From NCBI GenBank assembly GCA_977016875.1, contig CDRNST010000006.1, positions 3,658,001 through 3,722,000 on the forward strand: DNA of 64,000 bases, read 5' to 3'. Both the position numbers and the translations under genes were made by a program. Numbering within the stretch: the first letter of the stretch is position 1; every line of letters begins with the position of its first letter. The notes under the pieces are model-generated. The model saw only the letters and a program-made list of their open reading frames with translations, was not told the DNA's origin and searched no databases. This stretch comes from Pavona decussata (lineage: Eukaryota). Positions 24,601 to 37,117 of the stretch are shown one piece after another.

Positions 24601-27600
24601 GGAAACTAGCAACATAAAGTGACCCAAGTAATTTTAACAATGATATTATTACACTTGGGGAGGAGGAGGGGGGGGGGGGGGTGAGAAACACAAGCTGGGT
24701 CTGGGTACATCTACCATATACATTAATTTTATTCAATATGGACTTTTCACTGTGTTTCAGGTGTTTGCTAGTCAGTTATCAAACTGAACTAAACTGCTGA
24801 TGCTGCTGCTGCCTTTGACCACTGGTGATGAATAATTCAGGTAAATCTTCATTCATCTGTGGCAGAAATCCACAGGACCAAAAACGATGGCGCGACTGGT
24901 ACATTCTTAGCATACAAAAACCATAAAAACCCTACAAAAAACACCCAGAAAAGTTCAAACCTGGCATACACAACGTTGTTAGTAAAGGGACAAATAATTT
25001 TTGCAAAAAAAATATGGCTTTCTATATACCTATTGGCTGTGTTAGGTTCACGGGGTGTTGTGGTAAAATGTACAGCCATTACAGTGGACTGCAAAGCATG
25101 GTATACCTGCCAACGCTCACACCTTAGGCGTGAGTCTCACGCCTGCAGGTTGACAACTTCGATCTCACGTCGGCTCACGCTTGTGGGCCAATTTCTCATG
25201 CCTGATTGAAAAATGTGAGTTGTTGCTGTCTTGCTTGACACATTTTCCAAAAATGTGTTAACTCAGACCCATGTAAGGAACGAAAACCATGTGTAAAATG
25301 AATAAATGACAATACCTTCCTCGCGATCTCTGATTTTTGAAGGTGAAAATCACTGGGAGTGAGCTGGCGTTTATACGCGTCCTAAGACTTCGGACGTCTT
25401 CGGAAATGATCGTGTCGTCTTCAAAAATCCCAGCACTCCCAGGATAAAAACCTCACGCCTATATCTCAGAAAAAGTTGGCAGGTATAGCGTGGACAAAAC
25501 ATAAATTCCAGGGCCCAGTTGTTCAAAGCCCAATTAAGTTTGATTTGAGTTTAAGTACTAACTAAAGAATATACATTTTCCTAAACATTTTTGCCCTTCA
25601 ACTTTGTCTTAGACTTTTCTTTACCTTTGGCTAAAAGTCAGCTTTTAAAAACATTTTTGATGAGCGAGATACAAACCTTGGTTAACTTTTAATTGGGGAT
25701 TATTTTCTACTTTGTGACTAAATTCATTCTACTGTAACAGCAACAGTTAACAGTCAACATGAGTTCCCACAAAGCAATTACCCAGGGGAAATGGGGTCAA
25801 TATCCCTTAATGACAGCCCAGAAGCCAGATTGTGGTAATATTTCCACATGTAGTTGCTTCATGATAGTTAGAAAACAAGCAGAGGATTCTGCTGTATTGT
25901 CACTTACATGTGTGTAGGCCCATTTAATTCGTAACTCCAGTCCTGTGATTTGATCATTTAAAGAGTGAGTTTTCTTATTTCCCTTAGACTTTTGTCTTAC
26001 TGTTTTGCAGTGGCCTTGGCGGCCGGCTTAGCAACAGGAATTCCAGTAGTTGTTCTGGTGTCAATATACATGGTCTACTGCTGCTGCCGCCGACGGAAGC
26101 AGGAGGATCGTTTACAAGAACCCCGTCTTTGGAGGAGGGATGCACACCCCTCTCATGACCCATATATTCCACCTTTTGTACCAAGAATTGTACAGAAATT
26201 TGTGCAACATTCTCATCGTGGAACTCGTAATAGTAGCAGTGCAACTTCAGCACAGACATCACCTGTAGAAGAGAAATCATTTTTCAGTGAAGATTCTGGT
26301 TCCTACAGGACAGCCCCAGATGACACAGGCTTACCAGAAAAGAGACACAGTCTGGGGAGTTTTGAGGCTCTAAATGTGCCAACAGTTAGGCGATCTTCAC
26401 TTCTTCAACTTAGTACTTCAAGTGGGGAAAGCTCTGAAAGTATTTATGAACAACGAAAGAATTCAGATCTCAAGTCCCCAAAAAATTTTCCCAAAAGTAG
26501 CAGCAAGTCATTTGAATTTGTGAGGCCCATTCCTGTAAAACCACTCATAACCATTACCCGAGTAGAATCTAAGGATGACATGAGTAATACTAAAGCACAT
26601 GTGGCTGATGTAGATCCCAATGGACAAAGTCACTCTGATTCACAAGTGCTTCCGGTCAGGAGGCCTCCTAAGCCTTCTCGTAGTTTGGATAATGTGTCAG
26701 TACCATCAAGGTCAAGCCAGGAAAGGAAAGGAAGTACCGACAGGAATTTAGGGGGAAGAAGAAAGGGAAGTGTTGGTGCCCTTGGGGAAGACCAAAGTAA
26801 ACAAACAACTCTGGGCAAGATTCCAATGAATATTCCCTCCCAAGTCATACATTCACGTAAAGATGGAAGACAAAGGAGTTCCCAAGGTGGATTAGGCAGA
26901 TTGAATGTGGCCTTGCAGTATAAACAGACCACATGTGACTTGTTTATTAAGGTAATGTTTTAAACCCTGCCCAGCTGGGAGTGTCATTTTTATTGTTACA
27001 TGGTATCTATTCATCCACAGACTGAAACATTTTTAACATGCCATACTTCATTTGACAGTGAGACTGCAAAGAGTGAAGAACCTCCAAACATTAGCTTTTC
27101 CATCACTTGTATACCCTAATATATAGGATCTCAGAGTTTTAAACAGAATGTTTCCATGTTTCATGTTGCTCTTCATACTAATTCAACTCACGAAATGGAT
27201 CAAAGGATAATGTTTCCAGAGTTGAGTATTATTTGTTCCATGTGAATTCATTTGCTGGCAAAGATTCAGCTATGATTGATGACCATCGCTCAGAGGAATT
27301 CACTTACACTGTACTTGTTTAAAAAATCAAACTTGTTCATGGTGTTGTAATACCACCATTTGAGGACATAGTAGCTTAAAAGAGCTTAATATTCACTGCT
27401 GCCCCTTCAGCAGAATAGGAGGCACTTGTTTTTAGTTGATTATGGGATATTTTACCTCAAAAGAATTCAGGAAATATTTTGTTGGTGCAGGTTTTTTGTG
27501 AACAAACTGAATTAAAATAGATTGATGTGAACTTAAATATTAGTGGCAGTAAACAAAACAAATCTTTTAATCACATGAATTTTAATTCTTGTTAATCCTC

Positions 27601-30505
27601 TTGTGTCTGTACCTAGATTCTGCAAGCACGTGAATTGCCTCCTAAGGACCTACGTAACAACACCTCTTCACCATACGTACGAGTATATGCACTGCCAACA
27701 CGAAGACATAACCACAGAACAACAGTGATAGAGAAGAACCTGCATCCTGTGTGGAATGAACTGTTTATCATCAGTGGACTTACACTATCTGAGATTCGTC
27801 AGCTTGCATTGCACTTCCTGGTTATACATCACCAACCTGTGTCACGCAATGTTGTGATAGGAGAGGTGATGATGACGCTAGGTGGAATGGATCTGACTGG
27901 AGAAGAAGTTAATGTCTGGAGAGAACTGAGACCACATCAGTTTCAGAATGTAAGAAAGTAGTTCCATTAAGTATCAAACTAAACTTTATGATAGTAAAAA
28001 ATCTTCGTTATCACATGTTCTCATTGCACCATGTCTCAAGTAGGGCATAAAATAGGAAAAGATATTTTGTGATTATTATTAACACTGTTAATTTCACTGA
28101 GCACTACACAACCTTCAAAACCAAAACAGTATCATCCAACCCTTAATAGCTACTCTCTGATTATGACGTCTCTGTTACTGTTGCTTTTGGGGCTTTGGTT
28201 CTCTTAGAACTTGACAGTTAAATGATTTCCTGTGATTTAAGGACGGTGCCTCCTAATGCAGAAGTGTTTTTGCACAGTTTATGACTATGCGGGAAAAGCA
28301 GATCTTAATATGGGCTACTGGAATCCAGAAAGAATACTCGGGGCAGCAGGGCATTTTTGTGGAGATAATTTATTAATAATTATTCTAAAAAGTAAAATAC
28401 AAAGCAATGTATGGCATTTTTTTTTCCAAACTGAAGCATTATTATCTCCAAGAATGCATGGTTACCACCAATTTTCTTTTTGGATACCAAGAGCACTTGC
28501 TAAGTTCTGCTTTTTCCGCATAGTTTTAAAGTGCACAAAAATATCCCTGTATTAGTAGGCACCACCCATAGGAAACTAGGGGTGCTTACCATTTACGCAA
28601 ACCACCCGGGTGGAAATTTTCGGCATAAATACGAAATGATTAAGCTTGTCTTAAACAGAAGATATATAACATGCAAAATGTATGAACATCAGCTGTAAAT
28701 CCCAAAAGGAGTAATAAAAATTTATCACCTTGACCATAAGCCCATAATTTCAGAAGTACTCCAAATGGAATGATGTATACCATTTGATTTTCCAACTGGA
28801 ATTTCTGGGTTTTCCATGTAAATGATAAGCACCCCAGAGTATCTTGAGATACGCAGAAAGTATGCTCAGTAACAAGAGTAGGCACCATCCTTAAATTTAT
28901 AATATTTTATATGAAATTTTGCAAGCCAGTTTGATATTTGTTTCCCTTTGTTCCAAATTTAAACCCTCAATCAAATTTCAGTCAGCAGAATGTCATTTTT
29001 ACCAAGACTCTCAATCCTTGATCATAGTTAATTTTTGTTTTTTAAAAGTATATTAATATTTGGGGGGAAATAACTATTTACTGCCTTATTTTCAGATCCT
29101 TGGAGAGTTACATGTGTCAGTGTGTCATCAACCTCTGTCCAGTAAACTGTCTGTAACTGTGTTAGAAGCAAGGAACTTACCAAAGATAAGCAGTCTCAAT
29201 ATAGGAGGTGCATAAAATTCAATGTACACTGTACTGCTCTGTGCATAACTGACTGTGATGAGCTTTTTGTTGTTTTAGCTTGACAAATGCACTGGAGTTT
29301 TTGCATGTGGCTTTCAGTTCATTCAGAAAACATTGTTGTGGTGTTTCATCCGCTGCTTTGCTATTCATTTTGTGATAAAAATGGAAATCCTACCCACAAA
29401 CATTGTTTTATTTTTTGCTCAAAGGAACCACAAAAAAGTGAAAATATCGTAGGGTACCTGTAACATTTCGTAGAGCACTTGATGTTGAGGGCCACATGGA
29501 AAAGAATCCAGCAAATCTGAACGAAAGCAATGAAAGGCAATCTAAAAAACATAATAGGTCAGTTAAGGCCAAGTAATATGGGCTTGCAACATTTTTTTTT
29601 TGCAACCTGTCGCACAACAATGTTGCATTGCAAGTTGCGATTGTTTGTTGTCTTTATTACCACCTCTGCGCGCAATAAATTTTCCTGTTGCAAAAAATAG
29701 ACGCTGTTTCTACTTTTTGCAACAGGAAAATTTGTTGCGCGGGAGGTGGTAATACAGGCAACAAACAATAGCAACTTGCAATGCAACATTGTTGTGCGAC
29801 AAGTTGCAAAAAAATGTTGCCTTTATTACTTGACCTTTATGCCCTGAGCACTTCAAATTTACATTCACAGCTATAGTGATTTAGAGAAATCCGGTGAAAG
29901 TACTGTAAATTGATTGCAATACTTGAAACTTTAGTAGCACTCACAAAGCTAAATTAATTTTACAGTGTAATTCCATTAGTAAACTTGACAAACCTGCATG
30001 TCCAACTGTTTTGTCTCAAGTTTGCTGCACTCTTTACTCTCTTTGTAAAACTGTGTACAATAATATTGACATGGCCAGCCAAAGCAAGGGTGGCAAACTC
30101 AGGGAGATGTCCCTGGAAGCTAGATTTGTGATGCATTCTGTCCAATGCCAGGTTGTAAAGCCTATCAGTCATTTTAATTATGTCTCATTTCTAGATCCGT
30201 ATGTCAAAGTCGAACTGTTCTCTACAAACCACCGTATTGCCAAGAAGAAAACTCGCGTGAAAAAGAAAACAGTAAATCCCAAGTTTGCTCAAACATTTAC
30301 ATTTGACTTGGGAGGAAAGATGTCCCTGGACCACATGACTCTGATGTTTACAATACTCGTTCAGGACTCCAGTGGATGCCATGAACGTATTGGCCAGGTA
30401 GTCCTGAGTACTGCCGCAGGAGATGGACCAGAGTTTGGCCACTGGAGTCAGGTGGTATGTAACCCACACTGTCCTATTGATCAGTGGCATATGATACATG
30501 AGTAA
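15605..30505 (+). CDS. Synaptotagmin-family protein (TM + tandem C2A/C2B), 584 aa; C2B most resembles Syt4/11
   Basis: Exons 15605-15662, 26011-26951, 27617-27949, 29096-29207, 30195-30505 (1755 nt, phases 1,0,0,1). TM ALAAGLATGIPVVVLVSIYMVY followed by CCCRRRK. C2A: LGRLNVALQY..QARELPPKD..SPYVRVY. C2B: LGELHVSVCH..EARNLPK..GDPYVKV..KKKTRVKK..HWSQVVCNPHCPIDQWHMI. Exon 1 is less certain than the others. Confidence 0.88.
18030..19544. mobile_element. 1.5-kb non-autonomous DNA transposon, ATT target duplication (PIF/Harbinger-like)
   Basis: TIR gggttgttccaaaaaaaatcc / ggattttttctggaataaccc; ATT at 18027-18029 and 19545-19547; G/C-run-rich subtermini. Confidence 0.85.
20241..21234. mobile_element. 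Tc1/mariner (pogo/Tigger-like) MITE with TA TSD, interrupted by a piggyBac-like MITE
   Basis: ta|ccgtattta...taaatacgg|ta termini; repeated subterminal GCGGCGCTTATTCGAGG motifs at both ends. Confidence 0.85.
20334..20816. mobile_element. piggyBac-like MITE
   Basis: TTAA at 20330-20333 and 20817-20820; TIR ccctttaatccctaag / cttaggggttaaaggg. Confidence 0.88.
22690..22800 (-). mobile_element. L2/CR1-type LINE 3' fragment
   Basis: Minus strand reads MKMYGARAFAISAPKLWNQLPADI*, matching the typical YG.RAF...AP.LWN.LP C-terminus of L2/CR1 ORF2. Confidence 0.65.
23016..24578. mobile_element. 1.56-kb non-autonomous DNA transposon, ATT target duplication
   Basis: Perfect TIR gtgcagttccagaaaatatccatacccccc / ggggggtatggatattttctggaactgcac; ATT at 23013-23015 and 24579-24581. 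Confidence 0.9.
25102..25487. mobile_element. MITE TATACCTGCCAAC...GTTGGCAGGTATA, copy 2
   Basis: Same TIR and body as 7725-8160 but shorter in the GACTTCGGA repeat block; flanks GCATGG / GCGTGG. Confidence 0.9.
28237..28894. mobile_element. TTAA-flanked MITE containing a nested element
   Basis: Termini ttaaggacggtgcct / aggcaccatccttaa. Confidence 0.8.
28579..28835. mobile_element. Harbinger-like MITE nested in the TTAA element
   Basis: TIR ggggtgcttaccatttac / gtaaatgataagcacccc. Confidence 0.75.
29566..29836. mobile_element. Almost fully palindromic MITE (Harbinger-like)
   Basis: Ends aggccaagtaata / tattacttgacct; long arms (ttgcaac..tcgcacaacaatgttgcattgcaagttgc) mirrored around tagacgctgtttcta. 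Confidence 0.8.
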
Positions 30506-30739
30506 GCTAAACCTCATCACTGTTAAGTGTTGTTTTGAACAGATTTACCAAAGGGTTGTGCATGTTTCGGTTATTGAAAGAAAAGAGATACTTCAAAAGA
30601 GAAAATAACACAATGTTAAAACATTCAAAATATGATAGGTGTGATTTAAAATAGGCTGTCAAATAGTAACTATCAAAAGTTTTGACAAATTGAAATGTCT
30701 CACAGTGCAGCTAATAAAACCGTGAAATGCTAGTGAATG

Positions 30740-31016
30740 AAAAGTAAAGTAAAAGTAAAGTAAATTTATTTATACACCGTTGAATTTAAAGCTTTAAAGA
30801 AACTTGTGGGCCGTGTAAAAAAAAAAACAGAACAGAAACTCTTTAAAAATCCCAACTGGCAGGGAGGCTTGCCAGTTGGTTATTTACAAAGCTTGGCCAA
30901 GGATTTGAAACAGGACTACCTCGAAACAAATCCAGCTAGTGGTCAGAGAGGGGACTTGAACGTGGAGCCTCCAGATTATGAGTCCGCACTTCTAACCACT
31001 CAACCACGTTGCCCCC
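30740..31016 (-). mobile_element. tRNA-derived SINE
   Basis: Minus-strand head ggcaacGTGGTTGAGTGGTTAGA (A-box) ... GTTCAAGTC (B-box); simple-repeat (TTTAC)n tail at about 30740-30765. Confidence 0.75.
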
Positions 31017-32547
31017 CACAGTAAAATAAACATTGGCTTTTGCAGATGGGGCTGGATTTTTGAAGAGATATTGGGAGGCCTTTTGTCCTCTAGAGGATTC
31101 TTCTTAACTTACTATAAAAAGAAATCATAAATGTTCACAGTTTTCTTAGCAGCACTGTAAGCATTCATTATAAAGCCTCTCGGGATCTCATTCACTGAAT
31201 ATTAAATCTTTTTACTTAGGATTAGCTCTTTCCATGTTGTTTTGTGGGAAGTGGATGGACCATAGGGTGACTTGTCTTAAAAGTAAGAGCTACATGTATC
31301 ACCCAAAGAGCAAGTTAATATCAAACTTTACTTGATTGAGGAAGCTAGCATTACAGACAAGTGTTGTTCTGTGTCATAATAACAAGAATATCCATGATAG
31401 CTTTCAATGTGCTTTGGAACATATCAACTGTGTACTAATGGTGCTCATTGGTCAATTCATTGTCTGATGAAGACCAACAGTAACTAGTCTTGATTCAAAG
31501 TGAATTCATTGTTTTACAGGTGAAACTAAGATATCATGTATAAGCATGATGGACAAAAGCCACATCAATCAATATTTTGTGAGACTGAAATAAACTGACA
31601 GAAGCAAATTTAGGTTTAAAATCCTATCCTCATCCCTACTAGAACAAATGTACATTGTATGATGATGGTCTTAAAAGTGTTCAGTTTACAAATTTATTTT
31701 GATAACTACTTGTTTCATGTGTTTTCTTTTTGTTGTTGTTGACTAGTGTTGACATTATTACCGTGGACATTGAACTAAATTTCTTTGTTTTTTGAGATCA
31801 GTGTTTGCTAGGGGTAACTGAAGCCAGACAGGTGCACCTTTCATTGAGTTATGAAGGGTGCAGCACAGTCTATTTCGCTCTCACATGTTGTGTTTATAGC
31901 TCTACAGTGTAGGTAACTTATTTCGTTATTTAAAGCTCTATACTTTAATTACTATACTGGTATAAGCTCTGTTTTTCTTGGTACTGTTGGAATAATTTGG
32001 ATTGACTCAGGTACTCTCTAGCCTGTGCACAAAGGAAATAGGAGACACCTGCATGCAGGCTAGGTGCAGTCTAGCATTTTTCACAGGTTTTAGTACAAGT
32101 GTGAAAACCCTTCATTGTTTCATTTTGCAATTGGGCTTGGCACATGACACAAAATCTTGTCTGTTTGCCATCTTAAGGCCAGCAATAGGCTGGAAGCATG
32201 GTTTTCACTATACCATTTAACTGGTGTTGCTATACAAACACATCTCAAACTTCTCGCTTTCTCAAATTTCTAGTTCCATTGCATAGTGTTGGGTTTGCCA
32301 TGGACAATCTAATGTTGAGTACCACCAGATGTTTCAATGCAGTTAAAGGCTAATTATCGTGAATCACAAGATTAACCTAGGATAGAATTTGTCATTTGGA
32401 CTCCCCCCCTACCCCTCCCCGGGTGAAACGGGCTCTCATTTGGATAAACAATTAAAATTCCTGGAAAAAAGACAATATGGCAACTAAATGTGCTTAAGGT
32501 AATATAAGTTTGAAATTGGATATGTTTACTTCTACCGGTTGCATAAA

Positions 32548-33337
32548 CAGGGTCCGAAATTGCGCCTTCCTGGTCGCCAATGCGACTAAAAATTTTGCAC
32601 TGGCGACCAGAATTTTACAACTAGTCGCCAGCGGGCGATTAACTATTTCATGCCGCGATCATTATACAAACAATAACTTTGATTTTCAGCCAAATCGATG
32701 AAAATAAAATTCAAAGCCGCCCGCCAATTGGTCACTTACTTTTTACCTTTCCACTGCTTTTGAAGTATAAAACCGATTTTCCTGTTATTATAAATCTATC
32801 ACAACGCTTCACAGCTCGAGCAGTGCGAAGCTTCGCCGCCATGTTTTTTAAACGAGAAATGCTGCACGGTTGTGGCCTGGTGCGAACAACATGGCGATCC
32901 GTCGATCGCGAAAGGAAAGATCGTTTACGGTTTTGAACATAGACCAAAGAACCAACCGGCAGTTTTTTTAAATCGGGTATATTTCTTCTCCAAAAGGTAG
33001 AGACAAGAGAAGGTATTAAGTTGACCTAAAACATTTAGCAGTCTTATGAAACTGCGTATATAGCCGGCATTCGATTCGTTTGTCGTGGTTTTTCAGTGTA
33101 AATCGCCATTGCGGCCCCAAACGCCGTCTTTTCGTTCTGATTCTTAAAAGAAAAATTGGCGACCAGAATTTTCCATCTGGCAACCCAAAATTTTGGTTTG
33201 CGTTTCGCTGCGAAGGAAAAATTTTATTGACACTTTTTTTTCTGCTTTTTGGCGACCACATTTTTCCATTTGGCGACTGAAAAAAAAATTTCAGTCGCCA
33301 CTTGGCGCCTGCTTAAAAAAGTTAATTTCGGACCCTG
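32548..33337. mobile_element. 790-bp non-autonomous DNA transposon with CAGGG termini
   Basis: Perfect 14-bp TIR cagggtccgaaatt / aatttcggaccctg; repeated subterminal TGGCGAC/GTCGCCA; ATAAA on both flanks. Confidence 0.88.
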
Positions 33338-33561
33338 ATAAAACAGTATTGTTTGTATGGTCTTAGTACTAGACTAACTATCACCAATGCAGAGCACTTC
33401 CCCAAAGTGGTTGTGGTTCCTAGTACTGTTGAAGTTCAGCATTTAGCCTATTATTAATATTAAAAACCTATATGAAGGACCTTTTAGGCTAACTTGGAAA
33501 AATGGTGGTTCTTATACGTGGTATTTTATTGTTGGCTAATCTAAGAACAAGTCTGTATGAT

Positions 33562-33597
33562 TAGCCTGCGTGCATACGTGCAGCTGTACACAAGCTA
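33562..33597. mobile_element. 36-bp TAGCCTG-family micro-element with 8-bp TSD
   Basis: TGTATGAT at 33554-33561 and 33598-33605; ends tagcctg / caagcta. Confidence 0.65.
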
Positions 33598-35778
33598 TGT
33601 ATGATTTGCTTCTTTGAAAAACACTAGCTATAAGTCCAACTGAAGTAAGATTTGAATGCAAGCAAGCAAAAAGGAAACAAAATGCTTCCAAAACCTCCAA
33701 AGGCTCTTTTCAGTTCACATTACTAAAAACAAAATTTTTTGATTAATAGTCAGCTTTGGTAAAGTGTGCCAGAGCAGGCACGTGTTTAACTATGGGTTGG
33801 TCGGGGACTGAGGTGAGCGTGCAAGCTTCCTTTACAAAATTTGCACACTCTCTTGAGAAAGTCGTGTCTTTACACTCGTTTGGAAATTTTTTTTGTCTCA
33901 TGCCAGAATTACAGAATGAATTAGACACAGGGAATGTTTTTTTCCCCTGCTTACTAGTGGGGGAGTGGGAACGAATGTTTGGCTACTGTAAAGACGTTAC
34001 TGGTGGCCAAATAAGTATATCAACTCTGTTGGTTAAACCAAACATTCGTTCACACCAGACACATTAGCTCACACGCGTGATTTAGCACTCGCATTTAGGG
34101 TTCCCTCCTCCTCAACGATCGTGCTCACTCTCATTCAGGGCTGCTAGTCTTTCCCAAAATGAGCTACTTATAAATTAAACACTGTTCGCTCTCGGTTTCT
34201 ATTCAGTTGACTTTGCCAGTGCTTTTCAGCATAATCCATAATACTGGTTTCTAAATCACCGAATGTTGATGAAGCTGGATTGTTGTCAGGTTTGTTTTTT
34301 ACAGGTTAATCAATTGAACGCTGGCTCATGCTAATCCTCTTTGGTTCTTGTGTGTTTGATTGGTTTAACATTAGCTGGTACAAAGGTAGCGTTATCACGT
34401 TTTCATCAAGTGCCACGTATGTCCACAGTGTAAACTTTGTGTGAGCTGTCCTGTTTGTGAAGGCTTTTTTAAACGTTAAAACGTTTCGGAACTGAAGTGG
34501 TTTTCCATTGACTGCAGTAATTGCATCACTCTATATCCTCAGTTATTTACCGTGACTGCTCGATGTTCGGTGACCTTGCAACCAATGAGGATAGGTGCTT
34601 TACGCTAAGTGCATTTTGACTACACATAAAGATGCATTTGATTAACCATATCCCAGAAAAAACACTACCATCACTAACTAACATACACAATTCAGGTGGC
34701 TGTACAGTCTCAGCATAAGGAACTTTTTAACGGTCACCCGGTGTCAGTTTTCTGTTCGTGAATGTAATCAATTGAACGCGATTCTTATCCAGATGAATCA
34801 GGGTTTTATTGTTGCCTCGACGTGTTAGACGTCCGTCATTTCACTGCTAAAAGCTCTGTTTTATCCAGTTTACCCTCTGCTGAAGTTTTGCCCTCCATTG
34901 CCTCCCTTGTCTGCTTCTTCTTTTTTTTTTTTTTTTTTCTTTTAGAAAGATTTGTTCAGATATAAATCGTTGGAAAACCACTAAGCAAGCCTGCAATGCA
35001 AGGCTCAAAAAGTTATTCTAAGCGGATGTGACGATAATCTTGTGTGGAGGGTAACAGTGAGTGAATAATGAAAGTTTTCATCGCTTGGCTCCAAAATGGT
35101 ATATTATCAAAACATTAGTTAAAAATATAAAGGTACGTGTAAATTGGTTGAAAAATAATGTTCTGGCTGTTCTCACCTTACTTTTTAGGCCAACCGCAAA
35201 GCGGAGTATTAACGGCAATTAGCGGTGTTTTGTTTGTTGAGTCATCAGGTGTAAGCGAGGGATTTCCTGAATAGGCTTAAATAGTAAACTGAGAACAGTC
35301 CCAGCGTGGATGAAATTAACAGATTATTTATTTTGGAAATACTTGTTATGAAAGAAAGATCTATTAGGTATTTATGGAAGACACTATTTAATATCTTATT
35401 TAGTTATTAAAACTGACGGAATGAAGTTATATTATGGAACTAATAAATTTATTTGGAAATATTTGATTGATGAGTAGCTTATTGTTGTTTAGTTACTCTT
35501 TGTACTGGTTGGGTACAGTCCCAATTTCAAACAAAAACACGTGTTTGGTTTTGTTTTCGTTTTGTTAGTTTGTTTTGCACGCTGTTATCCGGCTCCAACC
35601 CTTTAAAAAATCTGTATCCTTCTATACCCGCAGGCGAGAGTTGCGAGCCCTGTTACAAATAAGTTGCATGCTAATGGGCTTTTCACGGCGCCCTCTGAAC
35701 CGGCTACAGTGAAACACAGTAAGCTGTTAAGGTCGTGTCGGCCAGCAATTGTCCACACATAAACATGCAAGTTATGAG

Positions 35779-35953
35779 AAAAACGAATTATAGCAGGTAA
35801 ACTTTTTCTGATTGCCCTTCCCAAGTAAGCTATTACGCAAATATACTGGGTAAGTTTGGTTCAGAGGAAAACGAATTATAGCAGGTAAACTTTTCTGACT
35901 GCCCTTCCCAAGTAAGCTATAACGCAAATATACCGGGTAAGTTTGGTTCAGAG
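35779..35953. repeat. Tandem duplication of an ~87-bp unit
   Basis: aaaacgaattatagcaggtaaac...ggtaagtttggttcagag occurs twice in a row with few mismatches. Confidence 0.85.
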
Positions 35954-36347
35954 CTGTTTTGAAATGCACAATACTTTTGAAGTCAGTTGCGATAACAAGC
36001 AACTGAACATTTGGTAAGTTTATTGCAGATGTAACTTCCGCTCACCTTCAGAAATGTACAAAAACAAGGGAAAGTAACACTTTTTCTTTCATCCCCGACT
36101 CATCTTCAATAAAATGGATAAACTAGCTAAAGTAGATGAGGTCTTAGTTTTCGTAATTACGCAAGCTTGTTACGAAAACTAAGATCCCACCGGAAAAGTG
36201 ACCTATCAAGAAAACTGAAAAGGTCTTAGCTTTCGTGACAACCGAGATTTGCTGGCCATTTTCACGCCATCCTTGCTCCCAGTGCCTCTGGTAAGGAAGG
36301 GATGGGGAAACCTGGACTCAAGCTTCCACAAAAAAGCTGTAGTCTGT

Positions 36348-37117
36348 TTGAGAGTGAATGTCATTAAAATTCGAAGAAAATTTTAAAAAAATGTGGCCAC
36401 AGTCAAAAAATCGATTTCGCTCATACTTTGTCAGTTTGAAGGCCTAGGTAAGTGAGTAAAGGATATGAGGTTAGTTTTTTGAAATATTCCATAGAACGGC
36501 AGAAAACCATGAAAAACGGTTACCCTACCGGAAGCTCGGATTTCACCACGAGAGAACTCGAAATTTTACACTTTTCAGCTTCTCCCTAAACAGACATTTA
36601 CATAGCTGCAAAACTTTCTTCACTTTGACTTAACGCACTGATTCTTCCTCAGTCAAAATATAGCAATTATTTTCATCTCTGCTCTTTTGTGAGCGAACTG
36701 AGCTCAGATGAAGTGGACACGTTATGCTCTATCACGCAAAAGTGTAAAATAATCCAAATTCAGCGAGAAAAAAAGCTGACCGGTAGTTTCTCAAATTCGC
36801 TGATACTTTGACAAAAGACAGTTCAGTCATTGATTTTTAGGTGTACGGTTTTAAATCTTTAGGATCTAGCAGAACTTTTGCACGAACGCCGATCAAAGTT
36901 TCACAAAATTACAATTCAGCGTCATTGAAATCTACAACTCTACATAACAAGGCGTACTAGAACAAATTAACTCCTCGGCCAAAGTTTGTATAAAAAGACT
37001 TAAAACTTTTTCAACGCTTAAAACGTTTTAAAAAAATATATTGATGTTAAATATTGTCTACACGATTTTTTGACCGTGGCCACGATTTCTTTGATTTTTA
37101 CTGACATTTACTCTTAA
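36348..37117. mobile_element. TTAA-type non-autonomous DNA transposon
   Basis: ttgagagtgaatgtca..gtggccacagtcaaaaaatcg versus cgattttttgaccgtggccac..tgacatttactcttaa. Confidence 0.8.

Noticed and set aside
30955-31016. tRNA gene
   Set aside because: It has A and B boxes but no complete cloverleaf, and it continues into a SINE body and tail.
31463-31495. CTGATGAAGAC...GTC hammerhead-like motif
   Set aside because: The required GAAA after stem II is missing and no flanking Penelope sequence is evident.
35686-35698. CTCF-like GGCGCCCTCTG motif
   Set aside because: A single short match; CTCF is not known outside bilaterians.
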